Source of the DNA: an uncultured delta proteobacterium
Lineage (GTDB): Bacteria > Myxococcota_A > Polyangia > Haliangiales > Haliangiaceae
Reading direction: 5' to 3'
Assembly: GCA_963848295.1 (NCBI GenBank)
Contig: CAWKDB010000010.1
Span: 2,048,001-2,112,000 of the forward strand
DNA: 64,000 nt
Below, piece after piece: positions 36,609 through 47,050 of the stretch. The position numbers and the translations under genes are program-made. Within the stretch, counting starts at the first letter, position 1. Each line of letters opens with the position of its first letter. The notes under the pieces are model-generated. The model ran no database searches. It was given only the letters and a program-made list of their open reading frames with translations, and was not told the origin of the DNA.

Positions 36609-37385
36609 TCACGAGCTCGGCTCCTTCATCTGCACTTCGCGCAAGAACTGCTCCTCGGTCGCGCTCAGCGGTCGGCCCTTGAGCCGCTCGAGCTCGTCGC
36701 GCGACATGCCGCCGAGCTTTTGGCGATGCCGCGCCATCGCGACGTGCGCGCGGCCGATCGACGCGAGCACCTCGTCGAAGCTGGTGAAGCACACCGGCGT
36801 GCGCTCCGGATGCGCGCGCAGGTACTCGGTGATCCGCTTCTCGTGGCGCGCCATCACCTCGGCGATCGGCGCGTTGAGCGCGAGGCGCTCGATCTTCGCT
36901 TCGGGCGGCGGCTCGAGCCGATCGACGCCGTGGGTGTTGCTCGTGACCAGGAACTGGCCCTGGACCTCGGTCACGAGCTCGAGCACGCGCAGGTGACGCG
37001 GGAACAATTGCACGAGCTGGAGCAGCGACACGACGACGCCGCGCGGATGCAGATGATAGACGCTCGCCCGGATCATGCCGCCACCATCGATGAACATCCG
37101 CAGGAACGTGCGGTTGTGCGGATAGATCCGGCTGAGCGTGAGGTCTTCGACGTCGGCGAGCCAGCTGTACTTGCGGTCCTCGAGCTCGCGCCGCGCGCGA
37201 TCGTAGAACTCCAGATCGGCTTCGGGAAACGCCGCCGGGGTCACGCGCACGAGCTCGTGCGGCTCGCCGTAGACTGCATCGAGCCGCGCCCGCAACGCAC
37301 CGCCGCCGAGCCCGCGCGGTCGCCGTACGCCGAGAGCGACGGCGACGACGAGCCACAGGCCCATCATGAGGAAGAACACCTCCAC
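36609..37385 (-). CDS. Hypothetical membrane-anchored protein
   Basis: N-terminal TM from GTG 37385; host-like codon usage. Confidence 0.65.
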   Translation of the reverse strand: MEVFFLMMGLWLVVAVALGVRRPRGLGGGALRARLDAVYGEPHELVRVTPAAFPEADLEFYDRARRELEDRKYSWLADVEDLTLSRIYPHNRTFLRMFIDGGGMIRASVYHLHPRGVVVSLLQLVQLFPRHLRVLELVTEVQGQFLVTSNTHGVDRLEPPPEAKIERLALNAPIAEVMARHEKRITEYLRAHPERTPVCFTSFDEVLASIGRAHVAMARHRQKLGGMSRDELERLKGRPLSATEEQFLREVQMKEPSS

Positions 37386-37430
37386 GCAGCCATTGTGGCA
37401 CGGTCGCCGCGGCGCGGTACTGTCCCCGCC

Positions 37431-38396
37431 GTGATCACCTGGGATGACATCGTCGCCGCCCGCCAGCGGATCGCGCCGCACCTCCCTGTCACGGCGCTGC
37501 GCCACTACGCCCCGCTCGACGCCGAGGTCGGCGCCGGCATCCGCGTGCTCGTCAAGCACGAGAACCACCAGCCGACGAACGCGTTCAAGGCGCGCAACGC
37601 GGTGTCGTTCATGACCGCGCTCGATCCCGCGCAGCGCACGCGCGGCGTGGTCGCGGCGACGCGCGGCAATCACGGCGCCGGGCTCGCCTGGGCCGGCGCG
37701 GAGCTCGGCGTGCCGGTCGTGATCTGCGTGCCGCACGGCAACAATCCGGAGAAGAACACCGCGATGCGCGGCTACGGCGCCGAGTTGATCGAGGCCGGTC
37801 GCGATTACGACGAGGCGCTCGAGGTCGCAAAGCGCACCGCGATCGATCGCGGCATGGTGATGGGCCACTCGACGAACGACGCGCACGTGATCGCGGGCGC
37901 CGGCACGCTGTCGGCCGAGCTGTGCGAGCAGGCGCCGCAGCTCGATGCGATCGTCGTCGCGATCGGCGGCGGCTCGCAAGCGGTCGGCGCGATCGTCGCG
38001 ACTCGCGCGTTACGCCCGAACGTCAAGATCTACGGCGTGCAGTCGACCTCCGCGGCAGCCGCGCACGACTCCTGGCACGCCGGCGAGCGGCTCACGACCG
38101 CGACCGCCGACACGTTCGCCGATGGTCTCGCGACGCGCTCGACCTACGACATGACCTGGCAGCCGTTGCGCGAAGGGCTCGCCGGCTTCGTCGCGGTGTC
38201 CGAAGCGGCGATCGCCGAGGCGATCCGGATCTATCTGCGCACGACCCACAACCTCGCCGAGGGCGCGGGCGCCGCCGGCCTCGCGGGCCTCTGCGCCTTG
38301 CGCGACGAGCTCGCGGGCAAGACCGTCGCGGTCATCCTTTCGGGCTCGAACATCGACGCCGTGACGCTGCGCCGCGTGGTCACCGGCGAGCTGTAG
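37431..38396 (+). CDS. PLP-dependent threonine/serine dehydratase family protein
   Basis: KHENHQPTNAFKAR, ATRGNHG, IGGGS, LSGSNID. Confidence 0.92.
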   Translation: MITWDDIVAARQRIAPHLPVTALRHYAPLDAEVGAGIRVLVKHENHQPTNAFKARNAVSFMTALDPAQRTRGVVAATRGNHGAGLAWAGAELGVPVVICVPHGNNPEKNTAMRGYGAELIEAGRDYDEALEVAKRTAIDRGMVMGHSTNDAHVIAGAGTLSAELCEQAPQLDAIVVAIGGGSQAVGAIVATRALRPNVKIYGVQSTSAAAAHDSWHAGERLTTATADTFADGLATRSTYDMTWQPLREGLAGFVAVSEAAIAEAIRIYLRTTHNLAEGAGAAGLAGLCALRDELAGKTVAVILSGSNIDAVTLRRVVTGEL

Positions 38397-38456
38397 CCTC
38401 ATTAGTACGTAGCTCCACCGAGTCATGGCGCACGGGATCTAGGGCACTATCCGGCG

Positions 38457-39344
38457 ATGTTGCGGATCGCCCTCATCGCCCTCCTGCTCGGCTCGACCAT
38501 CGCCGCAGCCGCTCCGAATCTCGCGAAGCCGGAGGTCAAGTTGCTCGATGCCGGCCACGGCCCGAAGCAAAAGCTCCGCGTGCGCGCGACTCGCGGCGCG
38601 GCTCAGACGCTCGTGATGGCGATGAAGATGTCGATGGCGATCGACGGCGTGATGTCGATCCCGGCGATGCAGCTGCCAGTCATCACGATGTCGATGCCGG
38701 CGAAGGTCACCGAGGTCACCAAGTCAGGCGACATCAAGTACGACATTTCGTTCTCGAAGGTCGATGTCGATGGCGCCGGCGCGGCTCCGGCGGTGGTCGC
38801 AGCCGTCAAGAAGTCGACCCAGGCGCTGGTCGGCACGAACGGTCACATCGGGGTGGATGCTCGCAACTTCACGACCGCCGCAGAGATCAACTTCTCGCCG
38901 AACATCGATCCGACGATGCGCCAGATGATGGACAGCATGATGCAGTCGTTCAGTCAGCTGTCGGCGCCGTTCCCCGACGAGGCGGTAGGGGTCGGGGCGA
39001 AGTGGCAGGTGATGTCGACCCTGCCCGCCGGGGGCGTGCTCTTGAAGCAAACCGCGACCTATACGATCACCGCGCTCGATGCCAACCGGATGATCGCGTC
39101 GGTCACGCTCGCGCAGAAGGCGGATCCACAAGCCTTCAGCAGCCCGACCATCCCCGCCGGTGTGAAGATGCGAGTCGTGACGTGGACCGGTACGGGTGGC
39201 GGCGACCTGACGTTCGAGTTCGCGAAGGTGCTCGCCACCCACGCGGCCCTCGACTTGTCATCGGTTGCGAAGATGACGATCGACGCGGGTGCCGGGCCTC
39301 AAGACATCAAGTACACGATCAAGGCGAAGATCGACCTCCGCTAA
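38457..39344 (+). CDS. Hypothetical secreted protein (DUF6263-like, tentative)
   Basis: Signal peptide; VKLLDAG and PFPDEAVGVGAKW motifs. Confidence 0.7.
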   Translation: MLRIALIALLLGSTIAAAAPNLAKPEVKLLDAGHGPKQKLRVRATRGAAQTLVMAMKMSMAIDGVMSIPAMQLPVITMSMPAKVTEVTKSGDIKYDISFSKVDVDGAGAAPAVVAAVKKSTQALVGTNGHIGVDARNFTTAAEINFSPNIDPTMRQMMDSMMQSFSQLSAPFPDEAVGVGAKWQVMSTLPAGGVLLKQTATYTITALDANRMIASVTLAQKADPQAFSSPTIPAGVKMRVVTWTGTGGGDLTFEFAKVLATHAALDLSSVAKMTIDAGAGPQDIKYTIKAKIDLR

Positions 39345-39997
39345 CGCGGCGCGACGTCGGCGATGACCTTGTCGCGCAACAGCTGCGCGAGCTTCGGGCG
39401 CATCGCGGCGATCTCTTCGTCGGCGAACGTCCGCTGCTCGATCGGCGGATCGCTGCGATCGGCCTTGTTCATGATCGAGATCGCGTAGGTCGAGTGCGGC
39501 AGGCCGAAGAAATGGCCGAGCTCGTGCGCGAGAGTGCGCTTGAGCGCGGCGGCGGAGACGATGACGTACTTGCGCTCGTCGTTGCGGCGATGCCAGGTCA
39601 CGCCGTACGCGATCGCGCCGTCTTCGTCGACATCGTCGAGCTGGCCGACGACGAACACGTGGATGACCTTGCCGCCGAGCTTCTGCGCGGCGAGCGCGTC
39701 GCGCTGGCTGCGGCTCTCGACGTGGTCGAACGACGCCGGCAACGTATCGACGCCTGCGAGCTGGAACCCGACATCGAGCGCGGCAAAGTGCCGGTTCGCA
39801 CCGGCGATCTGGGCTGCGAGCCACTCGGGAGCCGCGACAAAGCCATGATCATCGACGATGTGGAGCTGGATCTCGAAGCAGTGCGCGCGCGCCTTGTCGC
39901 AGGTCGGCGTGGCGCGCATGACCGCATCGGCGTCGCCCCCGGCGTATGCCACGCTGGCGAGCGCGATCACACCTAACGCCACGCCGAGCCTCACCAC
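39341..39997 (-). CDS. Secreted metzincin metalloprotease
   Basis: HELGHFFGLPH plus Met-turn SIM; signal peptide. Confidence 0.85.
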   Translation of the reverse strand: MVRLGVALGVIALASVAYAGGDADAVMRATPTCDKARAHCFEIQLHIVDDHGFVAAPEWLAAQIAGANRHFAALDVGFQLAGVDTLPASFDHVESRSQRDALAAQKLGGKVIHVFVVGQLDDVDEDGAIAYGVTWHRRNDERKYVIVSAAALKRTLAHELGHFFGLPHSTYAISIMNKADRSDPPIEQRTFADEEIAAMRPKLAQLLRDKVIADVAPR

Positions 39998-40090
39998 GCC
40001 ATTGTACGAGCCCACCGGCGAGGCGCCACGCAAATCGGCCCTTGCACAAACCTTACACGGCGGCGGCAACTTCGGAGGCGGTCGCACGTC

Positions 40091-40939
40091 ATGGTCGAGA
40101 TGAGGAACATCGCGCTCACCGTCCTGGCTGCGTCCCTTCTCACCCCCGTGCTCGCGCTCGCCGAGCCCACCGCCGACGAGCTCGAGGCCCGCGCAACCGA
40201 GCTGCGGGACAAGCTAACCGGTCAAGGTTACACCGTGCTCGTCGAGGCGCCGTTCGTGGTCGTCGGCGACGGTTCGGCTGCGCAGGTCCGTCACATCGCG
40301 AGGGGCTTCTTGCACGACAAGGTATCGATGCTCGAGAAAGACTTCTTCGACAAGCGGCCCGAGCGCCTGCTGGAAGTTTGGCTGTTCCAAAACGAGCGCG
40401 CGTTCCGCAAGGGCGCGAAGAAATTCTTCGGCGACGCTCCGGACACGCCGTTCGGCTACTACTCCCCGGATCACAACGCGCTGATCATGAACGCGTCGGG
40501 GCTCGGGACGCTGTCGCACGAGCTCGTCCATCCGTACATGGAGGTCAACTTTCCCGACGTGCCGTCGTGGTTCAACGAGGGCTTCGCGTCGCTATTCGAA
40601 TATCCGAGCGAGCGCAAAGGTCACATCATCGGCCTCGTCAACTGGCGGCTGCCGGAGCTCAAGAAAGAGATCCGCGCGAAGACGCTGCCGGCGATGACGA
40701 AGCTGATGGGGACGACGACTGAAGAGTTCTACGGCGCCGACTACGACGCGTATGCGTTCGCGCGCTACATCATGTACTACCTGCAAGAACACGATCAGCT
40801 GCACGCGTTCTACACGGCGTTTCGCGCGGACAAGAAGGACCCGACCGGGCAAGCGGCGCTCGAGTCGGTGCTCGGCGAGGACCTCGCGACGTTCGAGCCG
40901 AAGTGGCGCGCGTGGGTGCTGCAGCTCAAGGGCGGCTGA
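40091..40939 (+). CDS. Secreted gluzincin-like metallopeptidase
   Basis: HELVH...WFNEG; signal peptide. Confidence 0.8.
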   Translation: MVEMRNIALTVLAASLLTPVLALAEPTADELEARATELRDKLTGQGYTVLVEAPFVVVGDGSAAQVRHIARGFLHDKVSMLEKDFFDKRPERLLEVWLFQNERAFRKGAKKFFGDAPDTPFGYYSPDHNALIMNASGLGTLSHELVHPYMEVNFPDVPSWFNEGFASLFEYPSERKGHIIGLVNWRLPELKKEIRAKTLPAMTKLMGTTTEEFYGADYDAYAFARYIMYYLQEHDQLHAFYTAFRADKKDPTGQAALESVLGEDLATFEPKWRAWVLQLKGG

Positions 40940-40992
40940 ACGCGAAGACGGCGCCGGCTTTCACCGACGCCGCGGCTCCGCGATGACCGTGC

Positions 40993-42696
40993 TCAGGTGC
41001 CGGTCTGGCGGAACGTGAACGGGTACTTCACGCTGACCCCGCCGCTACCCGCCTCGGGCGCGGGGAACGCGATGGTCTTGATGACGCCAGCGACGCAGCT
41101 GCTCACCGTCGCGTCGAACCCGTGCGCGGTCGAGCTCGCCACCGAGCCGTTCGGCGAGATGAAGAAGTCCGAGGTGATCTCGCCGCCGAGCTGCGGGCGC
41201 GACAGCAGCTCCTTCTCGTAGCAGTAGCTGATCTCCGCGCGGTGGCGCTTGATGTAGCGCTCGATGATCGCCTTGTCGAGGCCGTCGGTCGTGGTCGGCT
41301 TCGAGATGAACGGGTTCGGCAGGTGCTGGACGTGGCCGGGGCCGTTGAAGCCGCCGCCCGGGCCGAACCCATAGCCGTGGCCGTGCAGCGAGCCCATGCC
41401 GATCGTGTTGTAGCGACCGCTGCCGATCGTGCCGCACGGCTCCTCGAAACAGCCGCCGCCGATGCTGTAGCCGGCGCGACCCATGCCCCACGTGCCGGCG
41501 CCGGGACCGTCGGCGCCGAACATCGCGCCGTTGTAGCTGTCGACGTCATTGCCGCTGCTGATATCGCCGGTCTTGACCAGCGAGGTGAATTGATCGGCGG
41601 CTTGGATCTGGCCGAGCCAGCCTTCGGTGGTCGCTCTCGCCATGACCTCGTCGCGTGTCAGCGACGGCGCGACGTGCTGGTCCTTGAGGTGGTACTTGCC
41701 CGCGGTGGTGAGGTCCGGGTTGCCCATCGCACCCGAGGCCATCGCGGCCTGCGTGCCGGCTTGCTTGTCCTTGCTGTCGGCGCCGCCGCCATCGGTGTCT
41801 TCGACCACCGGATCGGGCGCGACCTCGTTCTCGGCCGAACGCAGGCTCGTCGTGGTGTCTTCGACCGAGCCGAGATCGATCGAGCCGCCGCTGTCTTCGA
41901 CCGGAATCTGTTGCAGCAGCCCCCAGATCGCGAGGTGCGCGGCGAGCGAGCCGCCGAAGTAGGCGAGCGCGCGGTTCTCGAACACCGCGAACCCGCCGGC
42001 GGCGCTGCGCCGTGGCTTGTCGACCGCGCTGACCATGAACGTCGTCTTGCCGGTGCGCGCGCGGATCTTCGCCTGATCTGGAATCGGTAGCGCGAACGCG
42101 CCCGCGACGGTCAGCGACGGCCGAGCGCGGCCCGCGGCGGCGAGCGCGGCGAGCGGTGTGGTCGCGCCGCCGAGGATCAGCTCGCCTTCGATGCCCGGGC
42201 CGAAGTTGAACACGAAGTCATCGCCGGACGGCGCGACGAGCGGGAACGCCGCGGCCGGTGCACCCTCGACCGCGAGCTCGACCCCGGCGGCGGTGCCGAT
42301 CCGATAGTAGGGACTGCGCCGCTCGCTCCGCGCGCGAGACAGCGCGTAGGTCAGCGCGCCGAGGCCAAGCGCGAGACCGCCGAACGCGAACACGTCGTAT
42401 CCCGAACCCAGCCGGTGCGGACGAAACGCGTGAGCCGGGCGATGCTGGACGCGCGTCCAGTCCTCGAGCGCGCCTTTGTTCGTCGCGGCGTTCGACACCG
42501 AAAGGCCGAACGCGATCGTCGAGGCGATCAGCGCGCTCGCGCCGAGCGCGATGAAGCCCCACGTCGCGCGCGTGACCTTGCCGGAGCGCGGATCGCTGCA
42601 GTGCTTGATGTCGACGACCGAATCACCGAGCAGCGCGGCGACTTCGATCGCGCGAGCTCCGGTGCCAAGGGTTGCGGTGGAATCGAATGTGGACAT
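40993..42696 (-). CDS. AgmX/PglI (GltG-like) TonB-C domain membrane protein
   Basis: TM SLAAH, Gly-rich linker, C-terminal LDKAIIERYIKR..ISYCYEKEL..P.L.G...CV...FP...V.YPF. Confidence 0.8.
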   Translation of the reverse strand: MSTFDSTATLGTGARAIEVAALLGDSVVDIKHCSDPRSGKVTRATWGFIALGASALIASTIAFGLSVSNAATNKGALEDWTRVQHRPAHAFRPHRLGSGYDVFAFGGLALGLGALTYALSRARSERRSPYYRIGTAAGVELAVEGAPAAAFPLVAPSGDDFVFNFGPGIEGELILGGATTPLAALAAAGRARPSLTVAGAFALPIPDQAKIRARTGKTTFMVSAVDKPRRSAAGGFAVFENRALAYFGGSLAAHLAIWGLLQQIPVEDSGGSIDLGSVEDTTTSLRSAENEVAPDPVVEDTDGGGADSKDKQAGTQAAMASGAMGNPDLTTAGKYHLKDQHVAPSLTRDEVMARATTEGWLGQIQAADQFTSLVKTGDISSGNDVDSYNGAMFGADGPGAGTWGMGRAGYSIGGGCFEEPCGTIGSGRYNTIGMGSLHGHGYGFGPGGGFNGPGHVQHLPNPFISKPTTTDGLDKAIIERYIKRHRAEISYCYEKELLSRPQLGGEITSDFFISPNGSVASSTAHGFDATVSSCVAGVIKTIAFPAPEAGSGGVSVKYPFTFRQTGT

Positions 42697-42914
42697 AGTC
42701 GGACCTCGCGTCGGATGGCGCATGCGCCTGGCTCCGGCCGGCCCGCGTTCGCGTCGCGCTCACTCGAGCGCGTTGCGTCGCGGCATCTCGCCGTCGCGAC
42801 CGCCTGGCGACGTGCCTTGCGATCGAACGTTCCGACACCGGCAGTTGGACTCGGTTCCGCATTTCGATTGACCGTCGACGATCGGCGGAGATCGCCGGGT
42901 TTGGGTGTTCGAAG

Positions 42915-42970
42915 ATCGTGTACGTGGACGTGCACGTGTCACGTGGCACGTGCACGTCCACGTACACGAT
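42915..42970. repeat. 56-bp near-perfect palindrome built from ACGTG-containing hexamers
   Basis: atcgtgtacgtggacgtgcacgtgtcac|gtggcacgtgcacgtccacgtacacgat, one mismatch. Confidence 0.9.
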
Positions 42971-42993
42971 TGCCGGGTGATAACGTTGCCCCG

Positions 42994-44571
42994 GTGACCG
43001 CTCCTCTCGCCGTTCGCGGCCTGCGCGTCGTGTTACCCGACGGGCGCGTCGTGATCGATGGCGCCGACCTCACGATCGGCGCTGGCGAGGTCGTCGTGCT
43101 GCTCGGCGGCTCGGGAGCCGGCAAGTCGACGTTCGCGCGCGTGCTGTTCGAGCGCGACGAGCTCGCGGCGGCCGGGTTTGACGTCGTGGCGACCGAGCTC
43201 TCGCTCGACCGCGAGCGCCTCGGGCTCGTGCCGCAACGCGGCGCGCTGTTCGATCACCTCGATGTCCGCGGCAACCTCCAGATCGCGATCGATCATGCCG
43301 CCGCGCGCGACACCGCGAACGACGATGTCGCGACCTGGCTACGGCGCGTCGGTCTCGATCCGAAGCTCGCCGAGCCCGGCACGCCGGTGACGTCGCTGTC
43401 GGGCGGTCAAGCCCAGCGCGTCGCGGTCGCGCGCGTGCTCGCGAGCCGGCGCGAGCTGGTGTTCCTCGACGAGCCGTCGGTCGGCCTCGACCCGCATCGC
43501 GTGCGCATGCTCGCTCGGCTCGTGCGCGAGCAAGTCAAGGCGCTCGGCATCTCGGCGATCATCGTCACTCACGACGTCGCGCTCGCGGTCGGGGTCGCCG
43601 ATCGCCTGTTCCTGCTATCGCTCGAGCACCGCCGACTCGAGCCGCTGTTCGCGGATCGCTGGCCCGGTGCTCTCGACGAGCCTGGACACGACGCTGCCGA
43701 GCGCGGCCGGTGGGTGCTCGAGCTCGAGCAGACGTTGCTCGATCACCTCGATGCCCACGGCGATCGCCCGGCGCCGCAAGGGCCGGCGCCCGCGAACCGA
43801 TCCGCGCTGCGCTTCGCCGAGCCGGTGATCGCGCCGTTTCGCACCGCGGTGATCGCCGCCGTGCGCGCGCCGGTGCAGCTCGTGCGCCATCCGCGCGACT
43901 TTGCGGTCGTCGCGAGCCGCGTGCTGCTCCAGACGCTCGTTCGCCCGCTCGTGTTCTACGCGATCGTGTCGACGCTGATCGGCTACACCGTGCTGTTCGT
44001 GATCAGCAAGGTCGGCGGCGCCGGCGTCCGCCCGGACGCGCTGCTGCGCCAGATCGGCGGCAGTTACGTCGTCGCGCTCGCCCCGGCGCTGTCGGCGCTG
44101 CTGTTCGTCGCGGCGTCGGGCAGCGCGACGAACGCGTGGCTCGGGTCGATGGGGCTGACGAAGCAAACGCTCGCGCTCGACGCGCTCGGCGTCGATCGTC
44201 GGTCGTACTTGTGGGCGCCGGCATGGCTCGCGATCGGGTTGTCGTACGTGCTCGTCGCGGCGCTGTTCGCACTCGGCATGATCGTCGGCGGGCTGCTCGT
44301 GTGTCGGTCGTATGGCGTACACGACGCGTGGCAGCTGTTGACCGCCGACTTCGTCGACCCGCGGCCCGAGCGGGCGCGCTATGCGCTGCGCGCGGCGTTC
44401 CTCGTGTGGATCTACGCGTGGGGGATCGCGAGCGACGTCGTCGCGAAAGGCGGCGCGCCGAAGCCCGAGGCCGATGCGGTCACGCGCTCGATGACGGCGA
44501 GCGTCGTCGCGTGCACGTTGTGGGTCGTCGCGTGGGAGCTCGTCACCGTCGTCGTGGTGTTCCGATCGTGA
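42994..44571 (+). CDS. ABC ATP-binding domain fused to an MlaE-like permease
   Basis: GGSGAGKS, LSGGQ, FLDEP, VTHD; C-terminal TMs with LAPALSALLFVAASGSA and AVTRSMTASVV. Confidence 0.8.
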   Translation: MTAPLAVRGLRVVLPDGRVVIDGADLTIGAGEVVVLLGGSGAGKSTFARVLFERDELAAAGFDVVATELSLDRERLGLVPQRGALFDHLDVRGNLQIAIDHAAARDTANDDVATWLRRVGLDPKLAEPGTPVTSLSGGQAQRVAVARVLASRRELVFLDEPSVGLDPHRVRMLARLVREQVKALGISAIIVTHDVALAVGVADRLFLLSLEHRRLEPLFADRWPGALDEPGHDAAERGRWVLELEQTLLDHLDAHGDRPAPQGPAPANRSALRFAEPVIAPFRTAVIAAVRAPVQLVRHPRDFAVVASRVLLQTLVRPLVFYAIVSTLIGYTVLFVISKVGGAGVRPDALLRQIGGSYVVALAPALSALLFVAASGSATNAWLGSMGLTKQTLALDALGVDRRSYLWAPAWLAIGLSYVLVAALFALGMIVGGLLVCRSYGVHDAWQLLTADFVDPRPERARYALRAAFLVWIYAWGIASDVVAKGGAPKPEADAVTRSMTASVVACTLWVVAWELVTVVVVFRS

Positions 44572-46068
44572 GAGGCGCGGCGGCGTTCGGCGCGCTCGTG
44601 GTCGCCGCGCACGTGGCCGGGTTTGCGGCGCTCGCGGCGCGCACCGGTCGCGACGAGCTCGTCGTCGACCACGGCCGGGTGCCCGCTACGCTCGCGGCGC
44701 GCACCGACGATCAGCCACGACGGCAGCGGGCTCGTGCGCACGCGGTGGACGGTGCGTTATCGCGGCGGGTTCGTGCGCGAGGTCGGCGCGACCGAGCTCG
44801 CCGGTCCGCTTCAGGATCCGGCGCAGCATGCGTGCAGCGGGCGCGTGATCGTCGGCCAGCGCTTGCTCGATCAGCTCGCCGGCACGATGGCGCACGAGAT
44901 CGACGCCGAGCTGCACGGCGAGAGCATCTTCGCGGTCGGCGACTACGAGCGGCTCGAAGGGCTCCGCGTGCGCTGGGCGCGACTCGAGGCGCACCCCGGC
45001 GATCGCAAGCTCGTCGGCGAGGCACCGCACGGCTACGTTCGAGCGTTCGCCACCGTCGTGTTCGAGCGCGTCTCGGTTCCACTCGTCGTGACGCTCGTGC
45101 CCGAGGTCAAAGCAGGCGCGATGCACTTTCGCATCGCCGCGCGCGCCGAGCTGGCGTTCGACAACCGCGTCGAACAATGGCTGAGCGACAAGCTCGGCGG
45201 CGACAAGCTCGCGACTCGGCTCGCGCGCCGTCAGATCGACGACGTCTTGGTCACGACGCTCGCCCCGCCGCCACCGTTCGAGCTCGGCGACGGCCAGACG
45301 CTGCGGTTCACGTATTGCGACGAACCGCCGGAGTTCGCCGAAGGGGCGTGGGCCGCGTTGCCGTTTGCGGTCGCGTTCGAGCGACTCGGTCGCGCACCGG
45401 ACATCCTGCCGCCGAAGCTCGGGTCCGGTCCGCGCGTCGCGCCACGCGCCGACACCGCGCTCGCGATCGATCTCGACGTCGACGCGCTCGATGCGGTCTT
45501 GTTCGAGCTGTGGCGCACCGGCTACCTCGATCGTCGACTCGCCGAGGTCGGACTCGATCGCCGGTTCAACAGCGACCCGATCGTCACCCAGTACCTCTCG
45601 GTCCGGATCTCGCCGCTTCGCCTCGCGCTGCCGCCGGTCGTGACCGCGACCGCCTCGGGCCTGCGGCTCGCGGCCGAAGCGCGCGTCGCGATCGCCGATG
45701 GTGCCGAGACCACGATCGGCGACCTCTACGGCACCGTCGCGTTCGGCTTTGCAGCGAGCGCTGCGGCGCCGCGAGTCGTCGACGTCGACCTCGGTGCGCT
45801 CGAGCTCACCTGCGAGCGGAGCCCGAGCGTGCTCGTGCCCTGCTACAGCGATCTCGTCGCGGCGTTGCGCGATCGCGGCGACGAGTTTCACGGTGCACTC
45901 ACCTCCGCGTTCGCCGACCTCCTCGGCGACATCTTCGTCGGCCGGCTCGCGAACGACCAAGTCCCCGCCGAGCTCGATGTCCGCGCGGTGATGCCGACGC
46001 TGGTCACCGCGGCGCCGAACGCTACGCTGCGGCTCGAGCTCGATGCGCGGATCGCGCCGGCGCCGTGA
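44568..46068 (+). CDS. Hypothetical exported protein with an apparent +1 frameshift near 44705
   Basis: GTGA-coupled start with signal/TM in one frame; the long coding body is in the +1 frame (ORF 44623-46068). Confidence 0.6.
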
Positions 46069-46070
46069 CG

Positions 46071-46979
46071 TCACAGCCGCGAGCGCGTCACCAGGTAGAG
46101 GTCGTACGAGCCCATTCCGCCGGCGGCGTCGCTGTCGTAGATCATGGTGAGATCGTCGGCCGAGATCTCGGGGTCGGCCTCGTCCGCGGCCACCGTGTCG
46201 ACCGAGATCTCGGACACCGGACCAAACGGGTCGGCGCGAGTCGGCCGGGTCGCGGTGAAGATGTCGATCTTGCCGTTGTCGCGGGTCGACTCGAAGTAGA
46301 TCGTCAGCTCGTCGGGGCCGAGCGTCCCGTAGCCGTCCTCCTGGTTCACGTCGAGCTCGGTCAACGGACCGATGATCGCAAAGCCGGTACCGGCCGCGTA
46401 CGACGCGTGCGCGAGTGCGGTCGGCGCCAGCGTGGTGTAGATCAGCTCGGTGCCGTCGCGCGACAGCGACGGACCACCGATCTGGTCGCTCGCCACCTGC
46501 ATCACCTGAGTCGCAGGGCCGAACGCGGAGCTGGGGTCCGGCCGGGTCGTGACGAACAGAGTCGCCGAGCCCCGCACGAAGTACAACGTCAGGTCGTCGG
46601 GCGCCCACGTCGGTTCGGCCTCGGCGGCCGCGGTGTTGACCGCAGCGATCGCGGTCGCGGCGCCGAACGGGTCGGCCGTGGTCGGGCGCGAGGCCTGATA
46701 GAGGTCGGAATTGCCGGCGCCACCCGGGCGGGTCGACTGGAACACCAGCGTGAGCCCGTCCGGGCTCAGCGCGGGCGACTCGTCGTCCGAGGAGCTGTTC
46801 ACCGCGCTCAGCGCGATCGGCGCGCCCCACGGCCCGAGCTGTGGCGCGGCGTCGTCCGCGAGGCCGTCGGCGCGGACGTCCGCCGGCCCGCCGTCCATCG
46901 ACCGAAGGCCGGCGCCGAAGTCGACCCGTCCACAGCCTGCCGCGGCCACCGTGACGAACGCTACGACTAGCGGGCCCAT
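46071..46979 (-). CDS. TolB/PD40-like beta-propeller lipoprotein
   Basis: AAGC lipobox; repeated P.LSPDGLTL.F.S.R units. Confidence 0.8.
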   Translation of the reverse strand: MGPLVVAFVTVAAAGCGRVDFGAGLRSMDGGPADVRADGLADDAAPQLGPWGAPIALSAVNSSSDDESPALSPDGLTLVFQSTRPGGAGNSDLYQASRPTTADPFGAATAIAAVNTAAAEAEPTWAPDDLTLYFVRGSATLFVTTRPDPSSAFGPATQVMQVASDQIGGPSLSRDGTELIYTTLAPTALAHASYAAGTGFAIIGPLTELDVNQEDGYGTLGPDELTIYFESTRDNGKIDIFTATRPTRADPFGPVSEISVDTVAADEADPEISADDLTMIYDSDAAGGMGSYDLYLVTRSRL

Positions 46980-47050
46980 CGCTCCATTGTCGCATGGCGC
47001 CGCGGCCGCCGGCATTCGCGACGGGGCGTGTTGCCGGCTACACTTCGGCG

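Noticed and set aside
43710..46995. Long Arg-rich overlapping or antisense ORFs (e.g. 1086 aa, 769 aa), and similar ones throughout the window
   Set aside because: Shadow frames of GC3-biased genes with no protein motifs
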